Shown: in pieces, positions 1 through 7,451 of the stretch
Position numbering within the stretch: position 1 is the stretch's first letter
Layout of the letters: every line of letters begins with the position of its first letter
IMG/VR virus record: IMGVR_UViG_3300032320_000553
Span: 1 to 29,750 of that record
Origin: a virus
Taxonomy: Duplodnaviria > Caudoviricetes
Length of the DNA stretch: 29,750 nt
Strand: one strand, 5' to 3'
The notes under the pieces: generated by a model
Databases searched by the model: none
Seen by the model: the letters and a program-made list of their open reading frames with translations, nothing else
Told to the model about the DNA's origin: nothing
Made by a program: the position numbers and the translations under genes

Positions 1-15
1 GATCGTTTTTTGCAT
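1..15 (-). CDS. Possible start of the next gene (MQKTI...), by synteny the large terminase
   Basis: ATG CAA AAA ACG ATC overlapping the end of the terS-like ORF; only 5 codons are visible. Confidence 0.3.
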
Positions 16-394
16 TCTCTAGCACTCTGGTTTGCGCGGCTTCTAGCGCCTGTGTGATGCTGATCCGCTGATACACATCAACGCTGACTTCCTGCTTGGC
101 CGTCCACTCGTGCCGGTGACGCAGGATCTCTAACGCGGCTTTAGCGTCGCCATTTAACGCCGCGTTATTAAGAACCTGCGAGATCTCACGCTCGTTATCA
201 GCGCGGCCTTTTTGTTCTGCCATTTCCGCTAACGGATCTAGCTGACACAGTTGCCGATATTCAGCGGGCAGCATACCAGCAGCCAGCGCCAGCGAGTCAC
301 CTTTCAGACCTAACTTCGCCGCGTCGTAGATCGACTGAAGACGCGCCTCTGTTGCCTGAACATTTCTGACGGTTAGTGGCAAAGATTTGAACAT
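1..394 (-). CDS. Probable terminase small subunit (3' end beyond window edge)
   Basis: Not in the ORF track. Read manually from ATG at 394: MFKSLPLTVRNVQATEARLQSIYDAAKLGLKGDSLALAAGMLPAEYRQLCQLDPLAEMAEQKGRADNEREISQVLNNAALNGDAKAALEILRHRHEW..., open to the edge. HTH-like start and a GDxxAA...L...W helix as in TerS-like proteins; first gene of a late-strand transcript. Confidence 0.6.
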   Translation of the reverse strand, partial: MFKSLPLTVRNVQATEARLQSIYDAAKLGLKGDSLALAAGMLPAEYRQLCQLDPLAEMAEQKGRADNEREISQVLNNAALNGDAKAALEILRHRHEWTAKQEVSVDVYQRISITQALEAAQTRVLENAKND

Positions 395-426
395 GGCTGA
401 AGTGTAGCAAAAAAAATTTTAAAAAA
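395..426 (-). promoter_or_regulatory. Extended -10 promoter giving a leaderless terS-like mRNA
   Basis: Minus strand reads TG-c-TACACT-tcagcc-ATG(394), preceded by A/T tracts; no Shine-Dalgarno and no -35. Confidence 0.5.
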
Positions 427-556
427 TGTTTGTGGGGGGTGCGTGGGCGTGACCGGTCGGCCGTCGGCCCTACCCGGGGCCTTCGGCCAAAAGCCAAATG
501 TACCCGGATGTTTGCCATGTCCACAAAGTCCGATCAGCTAAAAGCACAAGGCCGTC

Positions 557-586
557 GCGCGTGCGCGTGCGCGTGCGCGTGCGCGT
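557..586. repeat. (GCGCGT)5 tandem repeat, alternating purine-pyrimidine
   Basis: Five exact copies at 557-586. Confidence 0.95.
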
Positions 587-930
587 GTACCCACGTGTAC
601 CCGCATGTGAGCGGGTTAAAAAACCGTTATAAAGTGGAGTGGCATGTACCCGCATGTGAGCGACCCACAATAATCGTTATATTTTTTAGTGTGTGAGCGT
701 GTACCCACATGTGAGCGTTTTTTGACCGGGTAAAAAATCGCGCTGGGAAAATGCGCGCGGATTTTCGTGGCCGTCGCACGGCAAATTCCCCTATATATAA
801 ACTCAAATTTTTTTAAAAGTAGACTAGTTAACATGCGGGTACACCCCGCAAACCCGCGCCAATCCTCGCGAAAGTGTGGACACTCGCACGCCAAAAAACG
901 CTCACAAAACGCTCACAAAGTGTCCACACT
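585..930. repeat. Iteron-like repeat array around an AT-rich core (candidate origin or packaging/terminus region)
   Basis: TGTACCCRCATGTGAGCG at 596-613, 645-662, 700-717; extra TGTGAGCG 692-699; inverted ACATGCGGGTACA 831-843; inverted CGCTCACA 899-906 and 910-917; 12-bp inverted pair 873-884/919-930; AT-rich tract ~792-830. Confidence 0.7.
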
Positions 931-1080
931 CCGCGCGTCGTCTCCGCGCAACAATGCGCATCAGGAAAACCCTAGGTTTTGACGATTTTTCCAACCATGA
1001 GTTGCAACTAGCGTTTTTTGACGCTGTACACGTGAGAAAGTGTGTGCTCTCGCAACTTCACTTCACTAAAGGACACACAC

Positions 1081-1353
1081 ATGAAAACGATCAGATTCAA
1101 TACACAGCGCGAATACGGCCCCAAGGGACAGCGGATCGCCGCGCGCGTTTTGGCCAACGGTCAAACCGTGTTCGTCGATGTCGACCGCAATATCGACGGC
1201 GTTATCCCGGTTTTGTGCGACGCGGAGTTCACCGAGTCGATCTTCAGCCATCGGTGGGTTATGGAGTCTTATGACAGCAACCATTACGCGCAGCCGCAGG
1301 AAGAACACGCCGAAACGATCCGTGAGCTTCGCGAATTGATCAATTCAAAATAA
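1081..1353 (+). CDS. Early hypothetical phage protein (90 aa)
   Basis: MKTIRFNTQREYGPKGQRI...; AAGGA RBS upstream of ATG 1081. Confidence 0.8.
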   Translation: MKTIRFNTQREYGPKGQRIAARVLANGQTVFVDVDRNIDGVIPVLCDAEFTESIFSHRWVMESYDSNHYAQPQEEHAETIRELRELINSK

Positions 1354-1365
1354 GGGGGACCGAAA

Positions 1366-1512
1366 ATGCTTTACATGACAGAACAGCGCGCAATCGAAAC
1401 GGCCGCGTTTAACAACGAGGGTGACGATTGGACGTACACAATTGAACAGCGCGGCGAGTACTACGTGATCGCCGTGCACGACGAGGATGGGATTTTGATG
1501 GGGTATCTCTAA
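1366..1512 (+). CDS. Small acidic early protein (48 aa)
   Basis: Manual translation MLYMTEQRAIETAAFNNEGDDWTYTIEQRGEYYVIAVHDEDGILMGYL; AAGGGGG RBS. Confidence 0.75.
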   Translation: MLYMTEQRAIETAAFNNEGDDWTYTIEQRGEYYVIAVHDEDGILMGYL

Positions 1513-1567
1513 AATTCCAGCGAATGCGTCTCCGGGCGCATTCGCGGGCGTTTTGTCCGATCACACT
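1510..1567 (+). repeat. Conserved structured intergenic element, copy 1
   Basis: TAAAATTCCA, stem GCGAATGCG/CGCATTCGC with an inner c(UCCG)g loop, then GGGCGTTTTGTCCGATCACACT. Confidence 0.8.
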
Positions 1568-1591
1568 TCACTACACTCAGGAGTACACACA

Positions 1592-2017
1592 ATGGCAACA
1601 CTATCAAAACACGGAACCGAAATCGGACGCTTGGTTTACGTTGACTACGTCAAGTCCTATCGTTCGGATGGTACGGTTATGAAAAACCACGGGTTCGGAT
1701 GGAAGATGGCCGGTAAAGTTAAACCTGGCGCGAATATCGTCGACGTTTATCAAAAAGCGGTCGAGCATCAACGCGATTTTATTGCCAAGTATCCCGCTCA
1801 TGCGGCCTATCGCAAAATGCTCCACTCGTTGGCTGGCGTTGGGAAAGCGTGGAAGCTCCACGCTTGCGTCCAGCTGATGCACGATGACGTCGATGGCGTA
1901 TGGTCCGAATGCTGCGACGGGTACAGCGACAATATTCACGCTGACGTCGATGAAATTGCAAAATTGTGTCGACTCTATGAGGATTCACGACGCGAGCGTG
2001 AAACTGTAACGGCCTAA
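1592..2017 (+). CDS. Early hypothetical phage protein (141 aa)
   Basis: MATLSKHGTEIGRL...; AGGAG RBS favours ATG 1592. Confidence 0.8.
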   Translation: MATLSKHGTEIGRLVYVDYVKSYRSDGTVMKNHGFGWKMAGKVKPGANIVDVYQKAVEHQRDFIAKYPAHAAYRKMLHSLAGVGKAWKLHACVQLMHDDVDGVWSECCDGYSDNIHADVDEIAKLCRLYEDSRRERETVTA

Positions 2018-2078
2018 AATTTCAGCTTATGCGCGCGTCACCATGCGCGCATGAGCGGACGTTTTGTCCGATCACACT
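2015..2078 (+). repeat. Conserved structured intergenic element, copy 2
   Basis: TAAAATTTCA, 14-bp stem 2025-2038/2043-2056, then GGACGTTTTGTCCGATCACACT; 19 nt identical to copy 1. Confidence 0.8.
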
Positions 2079-2095
2079 AACCTAAGGTAAACGAC

Positions 2096-2695
2096 ATGAA
2101 AATCAACGTCAAACTTTCAGCGCTGCGCGCAATTTCACAATTCAGCGCGGATCAAGATATTCGCTACTACCTGAACACGGTTCGGGTCGAAGCGGATCAA
2201 AACCGCACAATCCTAACCGCGACTGACGGCCATTGCCTGGGAATCCATCGCACACTGCGCGCTGAAAACGAAGTCAGCGACAAGGTGACGATTCTGCTAC
2301 CCTTCGACGTCATCAAAATGCTTAAACCCGCGAAAAATAAACTCGACTCGGCCGTGATCGAAACTGACGACGGGTTGAAGGGTACGATTAGCGTGATCGG
2401 CGGAGCGACAATCGGATGGGCGGCCGTCGACGGTAAGTTTCCCGATATTGCGCGCGTTATCCCGCAAAAATGCTCAGGAGAGCCCGCTCAAATAAACCCG
2501 GCCATACTGGCAAAATTTGCGGCCGCTAACAAACTATTTGGGAAAACATGGGCGCCTAAAATTTGGCACAACGGCACGTCATGCGCGGCCGTTACGCTCC
2601 AGGAACCCGACTTTTTTGGATGCTTGATGCCATATCGTGATCCGGAAGGGTTGACCGGCTATGTTGCGCCCGCTTGGACGCTGGAGTCATTCTAA
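2096..2695 (+). CDS. DNA polymerase III beta-clamp-like protein (truncated DnaN homolog)
   Basis: DnaN central-domain motifs DIRYYLN, ATDGH, GKFPDIARVIP and a C-terminal LMP; 199 aa versus about 366 for full DnaN. Confidence 0.8.
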   Translation: MKINVKLSALRAISQFSADQDIRYYLNTVRVEADQNRTILTATDGHCLGIHRTLRAENEVSDKVTILLPFDVIKMLKPAKNKLDSAVIETDDGLKGTISVIGGATIGWAAVDGKFPDIARVIPQKCSGEPAQINPAILAKFAAANKLFGKTWAPKIWHNGTSCAAVTLQEPDFFGCLMPYRDPEGLTGYVAPAWTLESF

Positions 2696-2874
2696 TGGGT
2701 TATTTTGACGCTCTCGACGCTGCGCACCAGTCAATCAAGGATGGCAGCATAAACAAATTTTACACTCGCACCACTTCGTGCGGTTTCCGCCAGATAATCG
2801 CCCACTCCGATCAAGGCTGGCATACCTGGTATAGCGACGAGTGGTATTTTGAACACAACGATATAGCAGTCTAA
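2695..2874 (+). CDS. Hypothetical protein (59 aa)
   Basis: TAATG-coupled start, MGYFDALDAAHQ... Confidence 0.6.
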   Translation: MGYFDALDAAHQSIKDGSINKFYTRTTSCGFRQIIAHSDQGWHTWYSDEWYFEHNDIAV

Positions 2875-2884
2875 GGGGAAAATA

Positions 2885-3109
2885 ATGTACCAAGGCCATA
2901 AAAATTGGAATCATTGGAACGTGTCATTGTGGATTAACAATGACGAATACCTATATTCGCTGGCGCGCCAGTATCGTCGACGCCATAAAAACGCTAGCGT
3001 AGCGGCCGAGTGTCTGCGCGTCTTATTGGATGACCTGGGGTTGAAGAAAACGCCCGACGGCGCGCCGTATTCCACGAGCGCGCTACGTTGCGCCATCCTT
3101 GAAATTTAA
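2885..3109 (+). CDS. Small phage early protein (YxGxxNWxxWNVSLWINND type)
   Basis: AAGGGG RBS; the N-terminal motif is recognisable from other phage hypothetical proteins. Confidence 0.75.
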   Translation: MYQGHKNWNHWNVSLWINNDEYLYSLARQYRRRHKNASVAAECLRVLLDDLGLKKTPDGAPYSTSALRCAILEI

Positions 3110-3118
3110 GGTAATGCG

Positions 3119-3217
3119 ATGAAGCTCGAAACCTATGCAACGGCCGTGTTGATCGGATGGGTCATCGTATGCTCGATCATCCTATTTGACGCAATCGTCG
3201 CGGCCCTATGTCGCTAG
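3119..3217 (+). CDS. Small single-TM peptide (32 aa)
   Basis: MKLETYATAVLIGWVIVCSIILFDAIVAALCR; TAAGGT RBS. Confidence 0.55.
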   Translation: MKLETYATAVLIGWVIVCSIILFDAIVAALCR

Positions 3218-3267
3218 TCATCGCGGCCATATTGGCCGCGATCTTAGTGATCATCCTAGACTTATAA
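3208..3267 (+). CDS. Very small hydrophobic peptide (19 aa)
   Basis: MSLVIAAILAAILVIILDL, overlapping the previous stop and ending at the terminator. Confidence 0.45.
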   Translation: MSLVIAAILAAILVIILDL

Positions 3268-3289
3268 AAAAGGCCCCTAACGGGGCCTT
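3266..3289 (-). terminator. Intrinsic terminator between convergent early and replication operons
   Basis: AGGCCCC-TAAC-GGGGCCT hairpin with a T-run on the minus strand, just after the primase stop. Confidence 0.8.
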
Positions 3290-3291
3290 AG

Positions 3292-5541
3292 TCATTGCGC
3301 GGGGCTGTAATCGGGTTCGACCATCCGACGCAACGTCGACGCGCCAACGGCCGCTAAATCGGGCGCGCAATACACGTGACGCTTAGACTCTAACCCGCGC
3401 GCGGCAACGCGGCCGCAATCAATCCAACCGGCTTCCTTGATCGCCTGTAGTAGGGCCTGCTGGTACAGTTTCAAGCCAGCGGGCGCGCTACGCGCTAGAT
3501 CGTCAAGTACAGCTTGCAATGGGGCCGCGATAACTCCACGCGTAAAGACACCCTTGCGGGCGCGCATGAGTTCGAGAATGTACGATTCGGCCCCCGATAG
3601 GCTGTTCTCCGTCATGGTTTGCTTAAATTCGGTCATAGGTGGAGCGGCCCCAGGATTGAACCTCGACACGTCGCGAGCGTGCAACCATGCCGCTACGGCC
3701 GCGCGCCCGCCCGTCTTTAGCCATTGCCAGATTGCGGCCCCGTCAGCATCACTCATCCGGCCCGCATGGGACCATATGCAGAACCAACGGCGATCTTGCG
3801 CGCTAATCGAAATGGGCAATAAGTCGTTAGAGAATGCCAGCACGAAACCCCGGTTTGCCATCATATAAGGATGTAATCCTTTTCTATTGACCGCCAAAAC
3901 CTCAGGCGGGGCCGCGATGATAGGCTTAAGTTTATTGGCTAGCACGCGCCTATCGGCCGCGAGGGCCTCTTTCAACTCGTTAATGATCAGAATCTCAGAC
4001 TCTAATTGATAGCCCCATTGGGACGTCAGCGATTCATTGTCGACTAACCCTAGATTGTGTTTATTGTCCCCACAAACCGCCCATATAAACGGGTCGTACA
4101 TCGTATCCTTGCCCGACCCCTCATCCGACGCGTGCAAGATTGCGTGGTTGATCTTGACGCGCGGGTTTTGCACCTTATAAGCCATAACGTCCCAAATATG
4201 ATCGAGTTCCGACTGTACCGGGACGAGCTTGCGGCAATGGTCGAACCACGCTTGTATAGGCCCCGCCATAGGCGTCGGCCGCGCGTCAACCCAACGGTTC
4301 GCATAGGGTAAATTGTCCCGCACGGCCAGAACCGACTCACCGGCCGCATAGGTTAGGCCCGCGAGGATATGACCGCCCGCGACCGTTCGGTTCTCATCGA
4401 ACCATAGGGACGGGTTGATAATGCGCGCCTTCCCGCCGTTGTTATGCATCGAATGGCACATGATCCCGCGATAGGTCGCGTCAAACGCCCGCCGCGATAT
4501 AAGCACACGGTCTACTAGATCGAAATAGGCGTCATCCGACTGAACATAGGCGAACCGTTTGAACCAGTCGGCCCGCTCGACCCTCGCCCGCTCTCGCGCC
4601 TCGACCTGGGCGATCACGGCCTTAGCGTCATCGGTGAACATCTCCGTAGGCGTCAGCTTAGACAACGCCCCGCCCATGACCGACGCGAGCAACTCATCAC
4701 GCAAGCCATAGGTCCGCTTAGGCCCGCCCTGTTCTTCAACCCAAGCTAAAAACCGCGCGGAGTCCCATTCAATGCAATGCGAATGCAGACAGCAATACGC
4801 CCGCGAAGCGGGCATATAACGGCCCTCTGGATTGCCGTCGGAGTGTTCCGCGCTGTTAGGGCAGATGACGCCCCACCAGCCCGCAGAGTTGCCCTTTTGT
4901 GTGACTTCTTTACGCTCGACAAGCCACGCCAGCACGTCATCCGATCCGTCATCCTTTAGGACACCGGGACGGAATGTTGTAGTCTCGACCGCGCCGGGGA
5001 CGACCGACAGAGCGCCGCAGATCTCCTCAAGGCTAAACTCGCGCGAAGGGTTGAACTCAACCAAACGCGCGGCGAAGCGGTTCTTCCCCGGCTTTAAATT
5101 GATCGAGCCAGGAATGCGAATATTGCGGACCGGATTGATCGCGCCAGGGTCTGTATAGCCCGCAGCGGCGATGGCCTTGATAGCGGCGCTGTAGACTGAT
5201 TTGTGGGGCTGATCATCTAGCCGAAAAACGTAACACCATTGGAAGTTATCTTTCGATGTTTCAATGATCCACGTGGGTCTGATCGTAGGTGTCTTCGACT
5301 TCGTACCAACGTCATCTAGAACTAAGCACCACACGTTCTCGCAGAACGCAGCGCCCGCGCTGACCCGCTGACCGTCGAAGCGCGACTCGATGAAGCTGCC
5401 GATGTTGACGTACCAAGCGCCTTCACCGCGCGGCTTACGCGACGCGGGATAGGCGTAACCACCCTCGCGCTCGACTTGTTTTGTGAATAGTACAACTTCA
5501 CCCTCTGGCGCGAGGGCTATGATATGATCCACCAGTTCCAT
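3292..5541 (-). CDS. Primase-helicase (RepB-like/AEP primase, Zn finger, D5/DUF5906-type NTPase)
   Basis: LVLDDVG, IETSKDNFQ, RIPGSIN primase motifs; CP..H..C.H.HC Zn ligands; Walker A EGSGKDT, Walker B LIINE, sensor FSN...RRW. Confidence 0.88.
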   Translation of the reverse strand: MELVDHIIALAPEGEVVLFTKQVEREGGYAYPASRKPRGEGAWYVNIGSFIESRFDGQRVSAGAAFCENVWCLVLDDVGTKSKTPTIRPTWIIETSKDNFQWCYVFRLDDQPHKSVYSAAIKAIAAAGYTDPGAINPVRNIRIPGSINLKPGKNRFAARLVEFNPSREFSLEEICGALSVVPGAVETTTFRPGVLKDDGSDDVLAWLVERKEVTQKGNSAGWWGVICPNSAEHSDGNPEGRYMPASRAYCCLHSHCIEWDSARFLAWVEEQGGPKRTYGLRDELLASVMGGALSKLTPTEMFTDDAKAVIAQVEARERARVERADWFKRFAYVQSDDAYFDLVDRVLISRRAFDATYRGIMCHSMHNNGGKARIINPSLWFDENRTVAGGHILAGLTYAAGESVLAVRDNLPYANRWVDARPTPMAGPIQAWFDHCRKLVPVQSELDHIWDVMAYKVQNPRVKINHAILHASDEGSGKDTMYDPFIWAVCGDNKHNLGLVDNESLTSQWGYQLESEILIINELKEALAADRRVLANKLKPIIAAPPEVLAVNRKGLHPYMMANRGFVLAFSNDLLPISISAQDRRWFCIWSHAGRMSDADGAAIWQWLKTGGRAAVAAWLHARDVSRFNPGAAPPMTEFKQTMTENSLSGAESYILELMRARKGVFTRGVIAAPLQAVLDDLARSAPAGLKLYQQALLQAIKEAGWIDCGRVAARGLESKRHVYCAPDLAAVGASTLRRMVEPDYSPAQ

Positions 5542-5560
5542 GTGCTCTTCTCCTAAGTTG

Positions 5561-5588
5561 ATCCCGCCCTTCCCGGCGGGATTTTTTT
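5561..5588 (+). terminator. Intrinsic terminator oriented antisense to the flanking genes
   Basis: ATCCCGCC-CTTCCC-GGCGGGAT followed by a T-run on the + strand. Confidence 0.65.
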
Positions 5589-5594
5589 GTACGG

Positions 5595-7451
5595 CTATTT
5601 GCCGTAACGGGTCATTTGCTTAACTTCTGCCTTTAAAGGCAAACCTGCCGCCCACGGCGGCGACGTACACATGACGCGGCGAAGTAACTCCGGGTCACCG
5701 TCCTCCAGGACGATCTCGTCATGTACGTGGAGCACTACGTTATCTAGCTGACGTAGCGCGTGGCGCAGCACATCATTCGCGACTGCTTGCGTGATGTTCT
5801 CGCAAGCCAAGCCCTTCCATAATCTAGCGCGCGGCCATTCTTTAGCGTCAGCGGCGGGCTTCCAAGCGGCCTTGCAGTATGAAATGCCATCTTCTTCCAG
5901 TTTTGCGAACGGGTAACACAGAACGCGGCCCGAAGGAAGAATGTACCAGAGATGTTGGCGGTCGAATAAATAAGTCACACGCCCCGCGCTGAACTCGGCG
6001 TTAGGCGTGTGCATGGCCGACGTATAGGCCCGCTCCAACTCAGACCAGAACCGCACGGCCCACTGATTAGACCGTCGCCAAGCGTCTACCATGCGCCGCG
6101 CGTCGGCCTCCGGTAAATGGATACCATAGGCCCGACCCATAGCCGCGAACGCGCCTACGCCTCCGGCGTACCCGCACGATAGCTCTTGAACCTTGCCGAT
6201 CTGACGCTGATCATCCGTCACTTGATCGACTGAGCACCCGAAGGTCGCGGCGGCGTTGATCTTATAAATGTCCTGGCTAAACTGCTTGAGCTTCTCATCG
6301 CCCATGCCCGACAACCACGGATTGACGCGCGCCTCGATAGCCGACCAGTCCGCGACTACGAAATTACCAATGAGCGCGGGTCTAAGCATTCCCTTGAGCA
6401 CATCTGTAACTCTTCGTCCGTGAATAGGGACAATTGCTCGACCGGCGACCATATCGTCTCGCACAGAAGCGGGGTCTTTGGCGGTCTTGCGGGTGAAATT
6501 GTGGACTTGTGCTCCGTAAGAAGAGGCTCGCCCCGTCGCAGATCCGCCAGCAAAAACAAATGCGCCTCGTACGCGGTCATCTTCAACATCGGCCAACTCC
6601 TGTAAACGCTTAAACTTCGCAATCGAGGACGCCCATAAATCGTCCGCGCATTGCACCACCTCGCGCACGTCTGGGTCTAGGTCGTCACACGCTAATAGAT
6701 TAGCGCGAACGGCCTTGTCGATGCTGTACTTCTCACCGACCCACATAAGTTTCTTTTGCTCATCCGTGACACGCGCCAGCACCCACTCGCGCATCCTTGG
6801 TGAGCGCACTGCAAGCCCGCCCGTGATCTCAGTTACGATACTTTGTATCTCAGCTAGTTCGGCGTCAGCGTAGCGGATAGCGGCCTTGCATAGCGCAACG
6901 TCCACCTTCACACCCCGGTCGTTTATACGCTCGTTGACGTGGTAGTCGAGCAATTCCTCGTCCGATAGCTGACGCAAGGCGAGGCTAACGGCGCGCATAG
7001 CGCGCACATCCTGCTCGCAATACTCTATGAGTTCTGGGATAAGTTTGTCGTTATAAGGCGGCACGCAGCACTGCCGCACGAGGTAGTCGCCTCGGCGGTC
7101 TTTCTTCATGTCAGCGCCAGCAAAGCGGCCAACGTCCTCAAGCGACCCCGGCGCGCAATTCGCGCGGGCTTGTGTTGCGGTGCAGTAGAACTGCTTAAGA
7201 TCGAAATTGATCTGAAGTACGTACCAAAAGATCAGACGCTCGAACGCGGCGTTATGCGCGCGTATCTGACCTTTGTGGTTCTTAACTAAATCTGGGAATG
7301 GTTGGTCGGGCGTCCATGTCTGAACGTCGCCATCGTCGAAAGCGTAGGACATACAGATGACTTCGGTTTCCAAGTCCTGCGCGTAGTTATAGACACCCGC
7401 GACCCGAAGGTCGCAGGTGCTACGGGTCTCGAAGTCAACCCAAAGGATCAC
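5595..7451 (-). CDS. Family A DNA polymerase with 3'-5' exonuclease (SPO2/APSE-like)
   Basis: Exo DFET, HNAAFER, YCEQD; motif A DWSAIEAR, motif B RQIGKVQELSCGY, motif C HVHDE; GTG start. Confidence 0.95.
   Translation of the reverse strand: MILWVDFETRSTCDLRVAGVYNYAQDLETEVICMSYAFDDGDVQTWTPDQPFPDLVKNHKGQIRAHNAAFERLIFWYVLQINFDLKQFYCTATQARANCAPGSLEDVGRFAGADMKKDRRGDYLVRQCCVPPYNDKLIPELIEYCEQDVRAMRAVSLALRQLSDEELLDYHVNERINDRGVKVDVALCKAAIRYADAELAEIQSIVTEITGGLAVRSPRMREWVLARVTDEQKKLMWVGEKYSIDKAVRANLLACDDLDPDVREVVQCADDLWASSIAKFKRLQELADVEDDRVRGAFVFAGGSATGRASSYGAQVHNFTRKTAKDPASVRDDMVAGRAIVPIHGRRVTDVLKGMLRPALIGNFVVADWSAIEARVNPWLSGMGDEKLKQFSQDIYKINAAATFGCSVDQVTDDQRQIGKVQELSCGYAGGVGAFAAMGRAYGIHLPEADARRMVDAWRRSNQWAVRFWSELERAYTSAMHTPNAEFSAGRVTYLFDRQHLWYILPSGRVLCYPFAKLEEDGISYCKAAWKPAADAKEWPRARLWKGLACENITQAVANDVLRHALRQLDNVVLHVHDEIVLEDGDPELLRRVMCTSPPWAAGLPLKAEVKQMTRYGK

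Noticed and set aside
596-717. Mini-CRISPR array (three 18-nt repeats with 31- and 37-nt gaps, plus a Cas4-like gene in the genome)
   Set aside because: The repeats are shorter than CRISPR repeats, sub-motifs recur inside a gap and in inverted orientation nearby, and DUF2800 is a normal part of this replication module with no other cas genes.
606-917. lac operator similarity (TGTGAGCG)
   Set aside because: Only an 8-nt half-site match, never arranged as the lacO palindrome, and there is no vector sequence.
297-1080. ORF-track calls across the repeat region (RACACAC, TRTRTR peptides)
   Set aside because: Translations of repeats with no RBS or protein-like composition.
1510-2078. Integron attC cassettes
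   Set aside because: No RYYYAAC/GTTRRRY core sites and no integron integrase.
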